The notes under the pieces were generated by a model. It was not told where the DNA came from and did no database searches. It saw nothing but the letters and a program-made list of their open reading frames with translations. From positions 1 to 58,895 of the IMG/VR virus record IMGVR_UViG_3300013006_000001: DNA of 58,895 nucleotides. The stretch is one strand, 5' to 3'. This stretch comes from a virus (Duplodnaviria > Caudoviricetes). The position numbers were made by a program, and so were the translations under genes. Each line of letters opens with the position of its first letter. Position 1 is the stretch's first letter. Positions 36,420-46,545 of the stretch are shown here, one piece after another.

Positions 36420-38445
36420 TTGGAGGTCCTTCCTGTGGTGGGCCAGATGGCGGGCCTTGTGGTGGTCCCGGCGGCGGGCCTCCTTGTGGAGGTGGTCCGG
36501 GAGGTGCCCCCGGGGGCGGTGGCGGTGGCGGCGGAATCATGTACTTGGCAACGTCTACCTGCAGGGCCTTGCCCCAGTCTGTCAGCAGAGCATTGAAGAG
36601 TTCCGGCTTTCCGGCCTGCATCATGCCAGTAGCGACCGGCATGATGATCTGCATGGCGTTCTGGATGTTCTCCACGCGGGTTGCCACGTTGGGCTTCCTC
36701 GCACTGCCAGCCTCAATGCGGTAGTCATACTCGCGGACAATCTGCTCGGGGTCTTGGTTCTGAACATGCAACTGCCAAGCCTGTGCCGCCATGGGACCCA
36801 TGAGGGGGGCGATGTCTTGGGGCTGGACGAACCACCTCGCCATCAACGCCTCTTTGCGGGCACACTCAGAAAGGGCATCCTCAAGGATGTTGGCGTAGTC
36901 ATCTGGCCGGACGGAGATTTGTTCCGCCTTCACGTTGGCTTCGGCAGCAGAGCGGAACTGGTTGCGTGTCATCCCGTACAGAAGCTCAGTCAGCCCGACA
37001 CGCCGGTCGAACATGGCCGTCACTTCGGAGATGATGTGCCACATGTCTTGGGTAACCCCGGGCATGTTGAACACAGCCATCACATCGTTGACAGACCGCC
37101 CAACAGCCTCGGAGATTTCCACAACGGAGAACCCGCTATCGTCCTGCTCCAGAATCTTGGACTTGAAGTTCTCGTCGGCAGACTTGGCCACGCCAACAAT
37201 CGTCTTGGCGCTGATGGCAATCTTGGTGGCAAGGAACGACATGGCCCAGTTGATGAACCGAAGCTCGCCAATCCCCGGCTTGATGAGCGACACGGGGTAG
37301 GAATACCCCGGCTTCCAGTGCAAGGCGTACAGGGTGAACGGCCAACTGCGTGGGTAAATCCAGAACGGCACAGGCCACTGAGCGTTCATAAACAAACGCT
37401 GCGGCACACCGCTCTCGTCCACCTCGTCCTCAAGGATGTCCCGTGGAATGTTGAGCGGGTAGTCGCAACCCTCTGCAACGACGATGTAGCAGTTCTGGCC
37501 GACTGAGTCGAAGTAGCCTTGGAACTCCTTGCTGGAGTCCTTGAGCCTGTCTCCAAACCCGGTCTTGGAGTAGATTTCCCAGTAGCAGATCAGGTCGTTG
37601 GTGGTGCCGTTCTTGCGTTTGTACTCGCCGCCTTCGCCTTCCTCAGAACGGGAAGCGTAGCTGGCGAGGTGGCCCTTCAGGTCCTCTCGCCTCAGACCGA
37701 ACTTCGCAGCGACCTCGTCAATCGGTTGGGTCCGCATGCGAGCCGCCCACCGGATGTCATGGTAATCGTCGGCATCTGGGTCCCAGAGGAGGTTGTCAAA
37801 CGAATCGTAGAATGACCCCGGGATTTTGACGGTGCTTCCCGGCGGCTCATACAGTTCGTGCCACCACACGCCGACACCCTTGATGAACGCCTCTTCCACG
37901 ACCTTGCGGCTGTGGGTCTTGGCGTCCAGTTCAGTGGGGGTGTAGTTGAGGTAGTATTCCATCAACGTGGAGATGATGCCACGCTTCTCTGTGAAGAACT
38001 GCTGCTGCATCATCATCTGCTGATACTGCATGGCCCCCGGGTCAGGCATCATCACCGGCTGACCATCTGGCCCGATGATAGGTCCGTTGGGCCCCATCGC
38101 CGGAATGGGAGGCTGTGGCATGATCCCCATCATCTGCGGACTGACTTCAGGGTACTGCCGTGGAGTCACTGTCCGAACAGGGTTGCGATGGTGGATCACT
38201 GCGGCGAACAGACGCACAGCCTCCCAGACGCGATTGACAACCATGCGGAACGGAGGGGGCGTGATTCCACGGTTGTACCCCCGGTCACCCCGGGCGTACT
38301 TGTTTTCCCACATGAACTCCGGGTCGCCGCAGAAGAACTGCATGGCTTCCCATGCGTCCTCTTGGAACGGCTTCTTGTGCTTCTTCGCCTGCCCAATAAG
38401 TTTGAGCCACGACGAAGCAATGGATTTCAGCGGGTTTGCGTCCAT
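36412..38445 (-). CDS. Portal protein
   Basis: 677 aa downstream of TerL; VNRVWE, WDPDA, RSAAEA patterns; Pro-rich C-tail. Confidence 0.82.
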   Translation of the reverse strand: MDANPLKSIASSWLKLIGQAKKHKKPFQEDAWEAMQFFCGDPEFMWENKYARGDRGYNRGITPPPFRMVVNRVWEAVRLFAAVIHHRNPVRTVTPRQYPEVSPQMMGIMPQPPIPAMGPNGPIIGPDGQPVMMPDPGAMQYQQMMMQQQFFTEKRGIISTLMEYYLNYTPTELDAKTHSRKVVEEAFIKGVGVWWHELYEPPGSTVKIPGSFYDSFDNLLWDPDADDYHDIRWAARMRTQPIDEVAAKFGLRREDLKGHLASYASRSEEGEGGEYKRKNGTTNDLICYWEIYSKTGFGDRLKDSSKEFQGYFDSVGQNCYIVVAEGCDYPLNIPRDILEDEVDESGVPQRLFMNAQWPVPFWIYPRSWPFTLYALHWKPGYSYPVSLIKPGIGELRFINWAMSFLATKIAISAKTIVGVAKSADENFKSKILEQDDSGFSVVEISEAVGRSVNDVMAVFNMPGVTQDMWHIISEVTAMFDRRVGLTELLYGMTRNQFRSAAEANVKAEQISVRPDDYANILEDALSECARKEALMARWFVQPQDIAPLMGPMAAQAWQLHVQNQDPEQIVREYDYRIEAGSARKPNVATRVENIQNAMQIIMPVATGMMQAGKPELFNALLTDWGKALQVDVAKYMIPPPPPPPPGAPPGPPPQGGPPPGPPQGPPSGPPQEGPPNG

Positions 38446-38450
38446 GGAAT

Positions 38451-38468
38451 CTCCTACATATCAATGCC
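38451..38468 (-). promoter_or_regulatory. Putative late promoter fused to RBS
   Basis: GGCATT-GATAT-GTAGGAG-5 nt-ATG. Confidence 0.6.
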
Positions 38469-38795
38469 CTAGCGACCCCGCCGAGCCTCAAGTTCAGCGA
38501 TTCTCTTGTCCATACTGGCCAGCTTCTCAGACAGGACAGCGTACTGGGAGGGCTTGACTTCCCATGTCCCGTACTGCTTCCACTCCGGGAATTCCAGCAG
38601 TCCCGGGTCGCCCTTGTGGTGGACCGAGAACTTCTCGTTGCCGCCGTAGCCCGGGGAGATCACCCACAGGATCAGGCTGCGTCCACCCACCTTCGACACC
38701 ATGCCGGGAACCGGCTCAGACCCACCGTGCTGAGTCCACAGAACCCAGTCACCGACCTCAACCTCTGGCATTTTGTAAACAACTGGCTCGCTCAT
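38469..38795 (-). CDS. Hypothetical protein (SH3-like N-terminus, coiled-coil end)
   Basis: VEVGDWVLW...; coupled to TerL. Confidence 0.7.
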   Translation of the reverse strand: MSEPVVYKMPEVEVGDWVLWTQHGGSEPVPGMVSKVGGRSLILWVISPGYGGNEKFSVHHKGDPGLLEFPEWKQYGTWEVKPSQYAVLSEKLASMDKRIAELEARRGR

Positions 38796-40522
38796 GTCTT
38801 TTTTCCTTGTGGTCCTAGGATGATGTGATTGCCGCCCTCACCACCCTGTCGCTTTCGTTTGTCTTCCAGATACTTCACCCACCACGGCTCCGGGCCGGGA
38901 GGGGCTTTCGGCGGTTCGTGATACTTCGGCTCTGCAGCACACAGGTACTCAAGCACCTGACAGGCATGGACCTCGCCCCGCGTCTGGGGTTCGTCAGTCA
39001 CATACACTTGGCCGTTGAGGCTCGTTGTCTTCTTTCGGTAGCGGCGAAGCTCCCGCATCAGGTTGGGGCAGGAGTCCTCCCAAAACTTCAACTTGGTTGT
39101 CCCGTCCCCCCGGATGTGCAGCATCTGCCGCACCATTGCCGTGCGGGCTGTGATATCGTCTGACCCGGGAGTAAACCCGTGGCCAGACCGGCGGGACTTG
39201 ATTTTCCGCTTGCGGAGTTCCTCGGTATACAACTCATGGGGTAGTCTACCAGAACCGATGTCTCTGAGGCGACCGCCATGGTAGTCAAGGATGAAGTCCC
39301 AGAAGATTTGGTTCTGTGCCTTCTTGGCAAACTCCTCACCGAAGATCAGTGCGTTGCAGTCCCGCAGATACATCTCATCATAGATCAGGATGAACTTCTC
39401 GTCGGGAGGCACAGCAGCAAAGAGGCATGCCATGACGGTGTGCCCGGGATCAATGCCAACGTAGCGAGTCCAGTCATCAGGAATCTTGGGAAGGTCGGCT
39501 CTGCGGACAACGTGGACGGAGGGATTGAACGTGGGGTACATGAGGGAAGACTCAGTTGTGAACTCCCCTTCCGCTCGCATCCTGACTTCGTCGGCCCCAA
39601 GCTCCGACCACCGCTCAATGTTCTTCTTTTTCTCTCCATCGTCAATGTGCCTGTTGTCGAGGAACCGCAGGGTGAACTTCTTGATGATGGCCTTGGGGTC
39701 ATTGGCTGCACGGTCGGCTCGCTCGCACAGGCCAAGCAAGGCGTCGTTCTTTGACCACGGCATGGCAGACCAGACGAACTTGCCCTTGCGGTCGGCAAGG
39801 CGAGCCTGCATTTCTCCGACATACCTCTCGTTATTGATGTCCTCGTCTATGTGTACCAAATCTGCCGGAAATCCCTGCGGTGGTTCACCCTCAGAGGAGA
39901 AGCAGAAGATACGCCAGCCGTTGACCAGTTCCACAGAGTTGAGGTACCCGGCGTTCTTCTGCACCCAAGAGATGTCCTTGATCATCCTTGGCGGAATCAG
40001 CGGAGGGGCTGGCTTGGCTTCAGCTTCCCTGTCGCCGTCTTCGTTGGGGCGGTAGGCTCGCCACCGGTTGGTGGTCTTGTCCCGGATGATCTTGAATGCC
40101 CCGGCACGAAACAGCATGGGGTACACGACCATGCCGATGTGGACCCAGTTTTTGCCGATGATGGCAAGGTTGCCGCCTTCAATGGGGTACTTGTGGTACG
40201 GGTCCTGCCCTGTCGCCGCGCGCGCATCCTCCACAAACGTGGACAGGGATTTCCCGGAGCGATTTCCCCCGACAACAATCCGCTCTGACACACCACACTT
40301 GTGGAACTCGTCCTGAAGCGCCATCGGCTCGTAGAGCTTCAGTGCCTCAATCCGACGTTCAGCTATCTCCGCTTGTATCTCCCGAAGATTGCTCAGAGCA
40401 TGCTGAGTCAGGTTGTCCAACGCATTCTTCGCGTCGGCTGGAGGCGGCGTATCGGAAGGACCCTTGCCGTTGTCCGGTGGTTCCGGTGGTGGGGGCGGGG
40501 GTATTGGGGGATGCTTCTTCAT
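38792..40522 (-). CDS. terL: Terminase large subunit
   Basis: Walker A GGNRSGKS, Walker B VHIDE, RNase H-like GIDPG. Confidence 0.93.
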   Translation of the reverse strand: MKKHPPIPPPPPPEPPDNGKGPSDTPPPADAKNALDNLTQHALSNLREIQAEIAERRIEALKLYEPMALQDEFHKCGVSERIVVGGNRSGKSLSTFVEDARAATGQDPYHKYPIEGGNLAIIGKNWVHIGMVVYPMLFRAGAFKIIRDKTTNRWRAYRPNEDGDREAEAKPAPPLIPPRMIKDISWVQKNAGYLNSVELVNGWRIFCFSSEGEPPQGFPADLVHIDEDINNERYVGEMQARLADRKGKFVWSAMPWSKNDALLGLCERADRAANDPKAIIKKFTLRFLDNRHIDDGEKKKNIERWSELGADEVRMRAEGEFTTESSLMYPTFNPSVHVVRRADLPKIPDDWTRYVGIDPGHTVMACLFAAVPPDEKFILIYDEMYLRDCNALIFGEEFAKKAQNQIFWDFILDYHGGRLRDIGSGRLPHELYTEELRKRKIKSRRSGHGFTPGSDDITARTAMVRQMLHIRGDGTTKLKFWEDSCPNLMRELRRYRKKTTSLNGQVYVTDEPQTRGEVHACQVLEYLCAAEPKYHEPPKAPPGPEPWWVKYLEDKRKRQGGEGGNHIILGPQGKKT

Positions 40523-40664
40523 GTTCGCCGCAACTCCAATCAGCTTTTACTTGTGGGAATTCCGCCAACGTGATCTGGCCCACCGGTGAGGGAGGGTACC
40601 GCCGACATTCCCCCAAGATTCCCGTCGAGGAGCGAAACCATCGGCAAGCCGCGCACTGGAACAT
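40359..40664 (-). CDS. Small Cys4 protein overlapping terS and terL
   Basis: CAACRWF...CRRYPP...FPQV..DWSCGEH motif of a recurrent small phage protein family. Confidence 0.55.
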   Translation of the reverse strand: MFQCAACRWFRSSTGILGECRRYPPSPVGQITLAEFPQVKADWSCGEHEEASPNTPAPTTGTTGQRQGSFRYAASSRREECVGQPDSACSEQSSGDTSGDS

Positions 40665-41157
40665 GCTCTACCCTTTCTGCGTTTACCACTACTGTTTCCA
40701 TCAGTCGCTTCTGTAGCTCCTGATCCAATTCATCTTCCGACCACAGGGTGAGCGGCTTCTTCGCCCCGCCCATCGCGGTGTTGGCTGAGACAAGCCTGAC
40801 CACCGTGTCGAGCATCTTCGTTCTGAAGGCCCCACCCTGCGGTGCATCAAAGAACTGCTTCATGTAGGCATTGGCAAAACCACGGGCCCCACCGAAATAC
40901 TCCATCAGGACTTCAAGAAGCTCTGAGGAGTGAGGGATGTTGGCCCCACCAATCTTGGCAGACGCAAGGAACAGGTCTACTGCACCCTTCTCAATCTGAT
41001 CCAGCTTGGCGTTGGTCTTCTTCTTCCGGCCCTTCTTCTCATGTGCATTGCGACAGCCCTTGCAGCGGGCGTGGAACCCGTCCTTTGATTTGTGGAAGTT
41101 CTCCTCTGTGAGGGGGAGACGCTTGCCGCAGTTCATGCAAGTGCGTTCGCTGGTCAT
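40540..41157 (-). CDS. terS: Terminase small subunit candidate with N-terminal zinc finger
   Basis: CMNC...CKGC; WSEDELDQEL tail; immediately upstream of TerL. Confidence 0.55.
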   Translation of the reverse strand: MTSERTCMNCGKRLPLTEENFHKSKDGFHARCKGCRNAHEKKGRKKKTNAKLDQIEKGAVDLFLASAKIGGANIPHSSELLEVLMEYFGGARGFANAYMKQFFDAPQGGAFRTKMLDTVVRLVSANTAMGGAKKPLTLWSEDELDQELQKRLMETVVVNAERVEHVPVRGLPMVSLLDGNLGGMSAVPSLTGGPDHVGGIPTSKS

Positions 41158-42056
41158 CGTCCTAGCAGCCCTGTGCCACACTGGCTGTTTATGAGGGCTG
41201 CAACTTCTGGAGAGGGCTTGAAGTCCACCAGCTTGACACGGGAGTCATAGCCGGTTTCCCAGCATGCCTTCAGCTTGGACGATACGTCCTTGGCTTCAAC
41301 GAAGATAGGCTTGCTGACACACTTGGGCTTCCAGTGTCCGGCCCATGCGTCCCAGTTGCAGTACACCGGGTTGTAGCCCAGCTTCTCCACTCCGACCAAG
41401 GACAGGTCGCGGGTCATGGTTACGTCCTCAGTGGACGCCTTCTCACAGCAGTATTTGTCCTTCCACTCATAGTAGAACCATGGGTGGTCGCCCTGCTCCT
41501 TGGGCTCTGTCAGATCAAACACTCGCATGTCATACATGATCAGGCCGGTCGGCAGGGCGGCACACGCCTGAATGCCAGCCATCGACGCGGCAGAGTGCCG
41601 GTCATACATCTCAAGGTTGAAGTCCGGGTTGGGGTGCTCGCTCTGCTGGTTGTTCCAGCGGAACACGTAGACGCACTCAGCCGGTGGTGGGCCACAGTAC
41701 GGGGCACCAACGCAGGCAGGGCCCTTGTGGTAGTGGTCCACAAGGAAGTCCAACGTGGACATGAAGAAAGGCTTGGCGCCCTCGGTCCCGGCGAGGATGT
41801 CCGGCTTCATGTCGGAATCCACCATCAGGAGGAAATCGACCTTGGCCTCGCGGGCAATCAGCACGGCCCTGTTGCGGGTCATGGTGATGGGCGTGTCGGA
41901 CAGGTTGAACACCCGGATGGTGTCGATACGCTTGTCCTTGGATGCCTCCACGACGAGAGGGATCATCCACTCGCGGATGTCTGGCACCTCAGAGGAGATG
42001 CCGCCATTGCCGCCGTAACTGAAAGTGCAAATCGCTACGTTAAACTTCTGTTCCAT
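41154..42056 (-). CDS. GT-A fold (family 2-like) glycosyltransferase
   Basis: TRNRAV, LLMVDSDM (DxD), PTGLIM, STEDV, WAGHWK. Confidence 0.75.
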   Translation of the reverse strand: MEQKFNVAICTFSYGGNGGISSEVPDIREWMIPLVVEASKDKRIDTIRVFNLSDTPITMTRNRAVLIAREAKVDFLLMVDSDMKPDILAGTEGAKPFFMSTLDFLVDHYHKGPACVGAPYCGPPPAECVYVFRWNNQQSEHPNPDFNLEMYDRHSAASMAGIQACAALPTGLIMYDMRVFDLTEPKEQGDHPWFYYEWKDKYCCEKASTEDVTMTRDLSLVGVEKLGYNPVYCNWDAWAGHWKPKCVSKPIFVEAKDVSSKLKACWETGYDSRVKLVDFKPSPEVAALINSQCGTGLLGR

Positions 42057-42100
42057 GGTTGCCTCGGGGGGGAAGTACCAATTCACCTAGAGCCTATCAA

Positions 42101-43204
42101 CTACTGCTGGAAAAGGCCAGACAACGGGTTCTGCCATCCGTTGCTCACCATGTCGCCAGCCTGCTGCCACATCTGCGGGATGTTGTACTGTGGTGCCTGC
42201 CCCCATGTCGGAGGCGGCGCACCTTGCCCAAGGTACGTCCCTTGGTTCGCCTGATACCCAGCAGTAGCGTCGTTGATGTTCTGGATGAAGGCGTCTCGCT
42301 GCCCGTAGTTAGGCTGGGAGGAGTAGCCGCCGTTCATGTTCCCGTACTGTGCGGTGAACGTGCTCTGCGGGACATTCTGGTTTCCAGAAAACGGAAAGGT
42401 TTGCTGGTTCTGTTGCTCCGAACCAGCGGAAAAAAGCCGGTTGTGTACCATGCCCGGAGAGCCCTTCGGCGGCGCGACTTTCCTCCTGCCGTCGGGGTCG
42501 TACTTGTCCGAATATGGCCCGTCATCAATCACAATCGGGAAATCCTCCATTTGTGATTTGCCCGGGTTAACTGTCGGCTGCTGACCTCCTCCGTACCGAC
42601 CGCTTTCGTTTTCTGGAATCACTGTCAGATTTCCGACATTGTATCTCTGATCTGGGAGGTTCATTTGTTGCTGCCCATAACTGCCGTATGGGCTCTGCTG
42701 CTGCCCGCCTCCCCAAGGACTGGCGTTGGTGCCGAATGGAGGCGATGGCATAAAGGAAGGCTGAGACTGCTGGCCTCCAAATCCACCGGTGCGAGGCACA
42801 GAATCAGCGTACTGTGCGTATGGATTGATGTTCCCCTGAAACGCCTGCTGCTGCGGCATTTGTTGCTGGTTGCCCTGTGGCTGTCCAGCGGTTCTCACCA
42901 CTGAGTTGAACCCCGTCTGTCCCGGGACGTATGCGTTTGTCGGGAGCTTTGACTTGGTTCCCTTTACCTTGTTGGTGAGTCCCTTGTCTGCTGCAGCAAC
43001 ACGGGCAGACTCGTACTGCTCCTGCTGTGCCTGCTGGTTGTACGCCTTGTTCATGGCGCTGATCTGCATGGCGTTCATCGGGGCCTTCTTGCCGCCTGCC
43101 TGCGGACTTCCGCCATTCCCCATCTCCGACCACCACTGCTGCGGGGTCTTGCCAGTTGTCGTTTTAGACAAATTGGATGGTGTAATTGACATTGAAGGCG
43201 GCAT
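42101..43204 (-). CDS. Q/G/N/P-rich low-complexity protein
   Basis: 367 aa, prion-like composition. Confidence 0.7.
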   Translation of the reverse strand: MPPSMSITPSNLSKTTTGKTPQQWWSEMGNGGSPQAGGKKAPMNAMQISAMNKAYNQQAQQEQYESARVAAADKGLTNKVKGTKSKLPTNAYVPGQTGFNSVVRTAGQPQGNQQQMPQQQAFQGNINPYAQYADSVPRTGGFGGQQSQPSFMPSPPFGTNASPWGGGQQQSPYGSYGQQQMNLPDQRYNVGNLTVIPENESGRYGGGQQPTVNPGKSQMEDFPIVIDDGPYSDKYDPDGRRKVAPPKGSPGMVHNRLFSAGSEQQNQQTFPFSGNQNVPQSTFTAQYGNMNGGYSSQPNYGQRDAFIQNINDATAGYQANQGTYLGQGAPPPTWGQAPQYNIPQMWQQAGDMVSNGWQNPLSGLFQQ

Positions 43205-43350
43205 TACTGAGGTCCTTGCTTCTGGGTGACTTGGTTTGTGCCGACACCGGTGCCGTTGATCATGCGCAGACGCTCGGCATCCTGTGCTGGAGGAGGAGTC
43301 CGCACTTGCTCAATCAGGCGTCGGATGTAGTCAAGGTTTTCAATGGCCAT
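43204..43350 (-). CDS. 48-aa peptide
   Basis: MAIENLDYIRRLIEQV...; TAATG coupling to next gene. Confidence 0.55.
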   Translation of the reverse strand: MAIENLDYIRRLIEQVRTPPPAQDAERLRMINGTGVGTNQVTQKQGPQ

Positions 43351-43357
43351 ATAGACG

Positions 43358-43389
43358 AAAAGCCTCTGGCCAGTTTCCCAGCCAGAGGC
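43358..43389 (-). terminator. Intrinsic terminator after capsid genes
   Basis: gcctctggctgg-GAAA-ctggccagaggc followed by TTTT. Confidence 0.8.
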
Positions 43390-43416
43390 CCCCCGAAAGC
43401 CCAACCAAGGGCTATG

Positions 43417-43698
43417 TCAAGAGCCGACAATCCCGTAGCTCTGAAGAGCGGTCTTCAGGCTGGCGAAATCCGTCACTGCAGCAGAGGTGGCCTGCGAGCG
43501 ACCGGCGACACCGAAGAAACTGATCACACTGGTGGTCACTCCACCCAGCACCAGCGTGCCCGTTCCGCCGTTGGGCGAAATCGTCACGGCTGTAGGACTG
43601 CCGGTGGTGTGACGCAAGACATTGTGAACTTCGTCAGCCAGCTTGTGGTTGGCCAGTCCGACAACGAGCTTGCAACGGTCAAAATCATCCGTGGCCAT
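43417..43698 (-). CDS. Small head-associated protein
   Basis: AAGGAG SD; ends LKTALQSYGIV; capsid operon. Confidence 0.6.
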   Translation of the reverse strand: MATDDFDRCKLVVGLANHKLADEVHNVLRHTTGSPTAVTISPNGGTGTLVLGGVTTSVISFFGVAGRSQATSAAVTDFASLKTALQSYGIVGS

Positions 43699-43700
43699 TC

Positions 43701-44309
43701 TTAGCTCCTTGACAGATTGATGTTCACAAGGCAGACGTTGGTGGTTGCCGCAACAGAAGCCACCGTGGACAGGGCACGACCAATCGCATTGCGATGCGAT
43801 GTGGTGTTGGTCACAGACACGGTCTGAGCAAAGCCACCCGTGGCAGCGTTGGTCGCACCACCGGCGGCGGCAGTCACACCAAACATGTCCGAATCAGCGC
43901 TGGATGCGAGTCCAGTGCCAAGGTGAACCTCAGTGGGACCTGCAACCGTAATCAGGAACACCTCGCCGTCAGCAACACCCGCTGGCGGGAGATACTCATC
44001 GGTCACGCCAGCGGGACCGTTCCCGTCAGTCGTGCGGATGTAGGCGTCAACCTCAGTGGTGCTGCCTGCCTTGAACGCGACCAGACGCTTCCCGTAGAGG
44101 GTAGTGCCAGACGAGTTCTTGACCGCGATGCACCGCTTCAGACCGTTGCTGCGGACAACGCCGGTAATCGGATTCACATCAGGGAACAGCTTTACAATGC
44201 CGACCACGTTGGTGCCGTAGCCAGCAGAGGGGCCATTCAGGGAGTCATTGGGAGTTGTCAGACCGAGAGTCTGGCCCAATGCAATCGGCGGATCATCGTA
44301 GAAACCCAT
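43701..44309 (-). CDS. Capsid decoration/cement protein
   Basis: Directly after MCP; AGVTDEYLP.AGV...F.ITV.GP, AIGRAL patterns. Confidence 0.65.
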   Translation of the reverse strand: MGFYDDPPIALGQTLGLTTPNDSLNGPSAGYGTNVVGIVKLFPDVNPITGVVRSNGLKRCIAVKNSSGTTLYGKRLVAFKAGSTTEVDAYIRTTDGNGPAGVTDEYLPPAGVADGEVFLITVAGPTEVHLGTGLASSADSDMFGVTAAAGGATNAATGGFAQTVSVTNTTSHRNAIGRALSTVASVAATTNVCLVNINLSRS

Positions 44310-44328
44310 TTGTTTGCTTCTTTCTTTC

Positions 44329-45444
44329 TTAGGCCAGAGCGGCGAGTTTGAAAAAGTTGCGAGGAGACTTGAACTTCAGATTCCCTAAGCAGGAAACCAC
44401 GTAGCGGAACTGTTGAGTGACCTCATCATAGAACGGTCCTTCAGAGTTCATCAACTGAGACTCCAAGCAGAGCAGTTCCATATTCCCGGTGGCCAAGCCG
44501 TAACCCGTATTGGCAGGGATAGAGTTTTCCCCCGAGATTTCGACGCCGTCCAACTCAAACACATCAGTGAAGCCGTAGCTACGCAGACCGTTGGTCCGAC
44601 TCACAATCACACGCTCCTTGGGGTCGAGCGAGTTCAGGAAGTCGATGAACAGACGGCGGTCCAGCAGAACGGTGTCAACCTGATCTTCCTGACTGTCGTT
44701 CCGGCGGGTCTGGTGAATCGCTTCACGCAGGGCCCGGGTGCAGTTCGTCAGCCACGTAGAACCACCGAAGTAGGTGGATGTGTAATTGACAATCACAGGA
44801 GAGAAGAAATCATACTCTGGGTCGGCAAAGCCGTTGGGCCAAATGCTGTTGGTACCCTGCGAACCACCGTAAGAACCCAGCACGGTAGAGATACCGGCGT
44901 AGGTGTCGCTCGGATAGCCGAAGGGATCAGCAGAATTTGCCGTCGAACGCTGGGCACCGTTGGTGATGTTCACCGTACCGGCATTGGCCATCATCGACTC
45001 AAGACCATGGAACCGGAGTTCGTTGCCGCTGGCATAACCATCGACCACCCACTCCCGGGCGAGGTACTGTTCCATGGAGGTCAGAAGGCGGGATGCCATC
45101 TTGCCTGCCACGTTCACAAGTGCCTGAGCACCACGGTTCTCCATCATCTCGCGCTTGTAAATCGCGTCCGTCACTTGGCTTCCACGCCATTCAAGTTCAA
45201 GTCTCTTCCAGAGATTCTGGCGAGCAAAACTACGTGGCGTCTCTCCGTTGTTCCCGCTTGGGGTATGATTCCTGTACTGGATTTCCCAGTCGAAACCACG
45301 CCCTGCCATGTTGGTCCGAACGCGGCCATTGCCTTCCAGAAGGCTATACAGCTTATACTTACGGAGCGACGCAATCTCCTCTTCCTTGAGGTGATTCACT
45401 ATGGTCGTAGCAATAGACCGTGCCCAATCAACATTTGATGCCAT
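44329..45444 (-). CDS. Major capsid protein
   Basis: 371 aa after scaffold; FHGLESM, GFTDVFELDGVEI, GNLKFKSPR patterns of HK97-fold podovirus coats. Confidence 0.85.
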   Translation of the reverse strand: MASNVDWARSIATTIVNHLKEEEIASLRKYKLYSLLEGNGRVRTNMAGRGFDWEIQYRNHTPSGNNGETPRSFARQNLWKRLELEWRGSQVTDAIYKREMMENRGAQALVNVAGKMASRLLTSMEQYLAREWVVDGYASGNELRFHGLESMMANAGTVNITNGAQRSTANSADPFGYPSDTYAGISTVLGSYGGSQGTNSIWPNGFADPEYDFFSPVIVNYTSTYFGGSTWLTNCTRALREAIHQTRRNDSQEDQVDTVLLDRRLFIDFLNSLDPKERVIVSRTNGLRSYGFTDVFELDGVEISGENSIPANTGYGLATGNMELLCLESQLMNSEGPFYDEVTQQFRYVVSCLGNLKFKSPRNFFKLAALA

Positions 45445-46478
45445 CAGAGAACTCCATCATTCTTGAGTTGACCGAGTAGACGGTCCTGAAAACTCTGCCG
45501 CCCGCGAGGTGCTTGCGGTTCAGTCGTACCTGCACTGCGGTTCGCCGTGCGGGTGGCCCGCTCGCGGAGGAACTGCATGTTCTGGGCTTCTACGCTGGGC
45601 GGCGCGGGAGGCGCCGATGCGTACTGAGGCTGGCTGGGATACTGCGGGGGGGCGTACTGCGGCTGCATGCTTTGCTGGTAGCGAGCCTGCAGGAGGTCGC
45701 GGTGCAGCATGCTAGTGGCGTACTTCCATCGTGCCTGCGAGCCATTGACACCGTTCTCGGCAGCTTCCCGGATGTAGTGCTGGATGGCAGACCCTTCCTG
45801 AGAAATCTGGCCGGGGGCGGTGTAGAGCCAGTCGGCGTTCTGCTGCTCAAGGTCCTTGACGTAGTTCTGCTCGGTGTACTGACCAAGCTGACCCTGCACA
45901 AGCTCTTGGGCCTTCTGCTGTGCAATCTGCTCAATGAAGGGCTTGAGCGTGTTTTCGGGGTCCGTCACGAACCGTCGAGCGAAGTCGGCGGTGTACGCTT
46001 GGTACTCCCGCAAGGACTGCTGTGCTTCAAACGGAGCTTCTGGAGAAATGATCTCTTTGCCGGTCGATGGATCACGAACGATGTAGCTCTTCCACGTGTC
46101 CTTGACGGCGGGCGGGTTCCACCACTTCGGAGTCTCTGCAGGCTTGGGCCGTGCGGCTTCAGCCTGAGCTTGTTTCCAAGCGAGATACTCACGTTCGTTG
46201 GTGAGGTATTCTTGAGTCTTGGGCAGCAGGGACTGGTACTGGTTGAGTTGCCGCTGGGTTTCCTGAAAGCCGGTGTGAGCCCGGTACAGGTTCTGGGCAA
46301 TCGACAGGTCATCCTGCCCTTGGAAGTCCGGCAGTGACCGGAACGCTTCGTAGGGGCTGTAGCTCTGCTGCGCCGGTGCGGAGTCATAGCTCTGGTTGGA
46401 ATAGGAAGTATCAGATGCGGGCGCAGTGTCTACCGACACATCTGCACCCGACACATCCTGAACGTCTTCGTCTGCCAT
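45444..46478 (-). CDS. Capsid scaffolding protein
   Basis: Acidic N-terminus, Q/A-rich coiled coil, directly upstream of MCP. Confidence 0.75.
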   Translation of the reverse strand: MADEDVQDVSGADVSVDTAPASDTSYSNQSYDSAPAQQSYSPYEAFRSLPDFQGQDDLSIAQNLYRAHTGFQETQRQLNQYQSLLPKTQEYLTNEREYLAWKQAQAEAARPKPAETPKWWNPPAVKDTWKSYIVRDPSTGKEIISPEAPFEAQQSLREYQAYTADFARRFVTDPENTLKPFIEQIAQQKAQELVQGQLGQYTEQNYVKDLEQQNADWLYTAPGQISQEGSAIQHYIREAAENGVNGSQARWKYATSMLHRDLLQARYQQSMQPQYAPPQYPSQPQYASAPPAPPSVEAQNMQFLRERATRTANRSAGTTEPQAPRGRQSFQDRLLGQLKNDGVL

Positions 46479-46502
46479 GTTCTTTCCTTTCGGGGGAGGT
46501 GA

Positions 46503-46519
46503 CTACTAGGAGACTGTCC
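46503..46519 (-). promoter_or_regulatory. Putative late promoter for scaffold-capsid operon
   Basis: GGACAGT-CTCCTA-GTAG. Confidence 0.5.
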
Positions 46520-46545
46520 CCTAGGCCCAAAAAGCGAACAAGATT

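Noticed and set aside
43415-43420. TTGACA on - strand after capsid operon
   Set aside because: No -10 element at suitable spacing; it lies just before a terminator.
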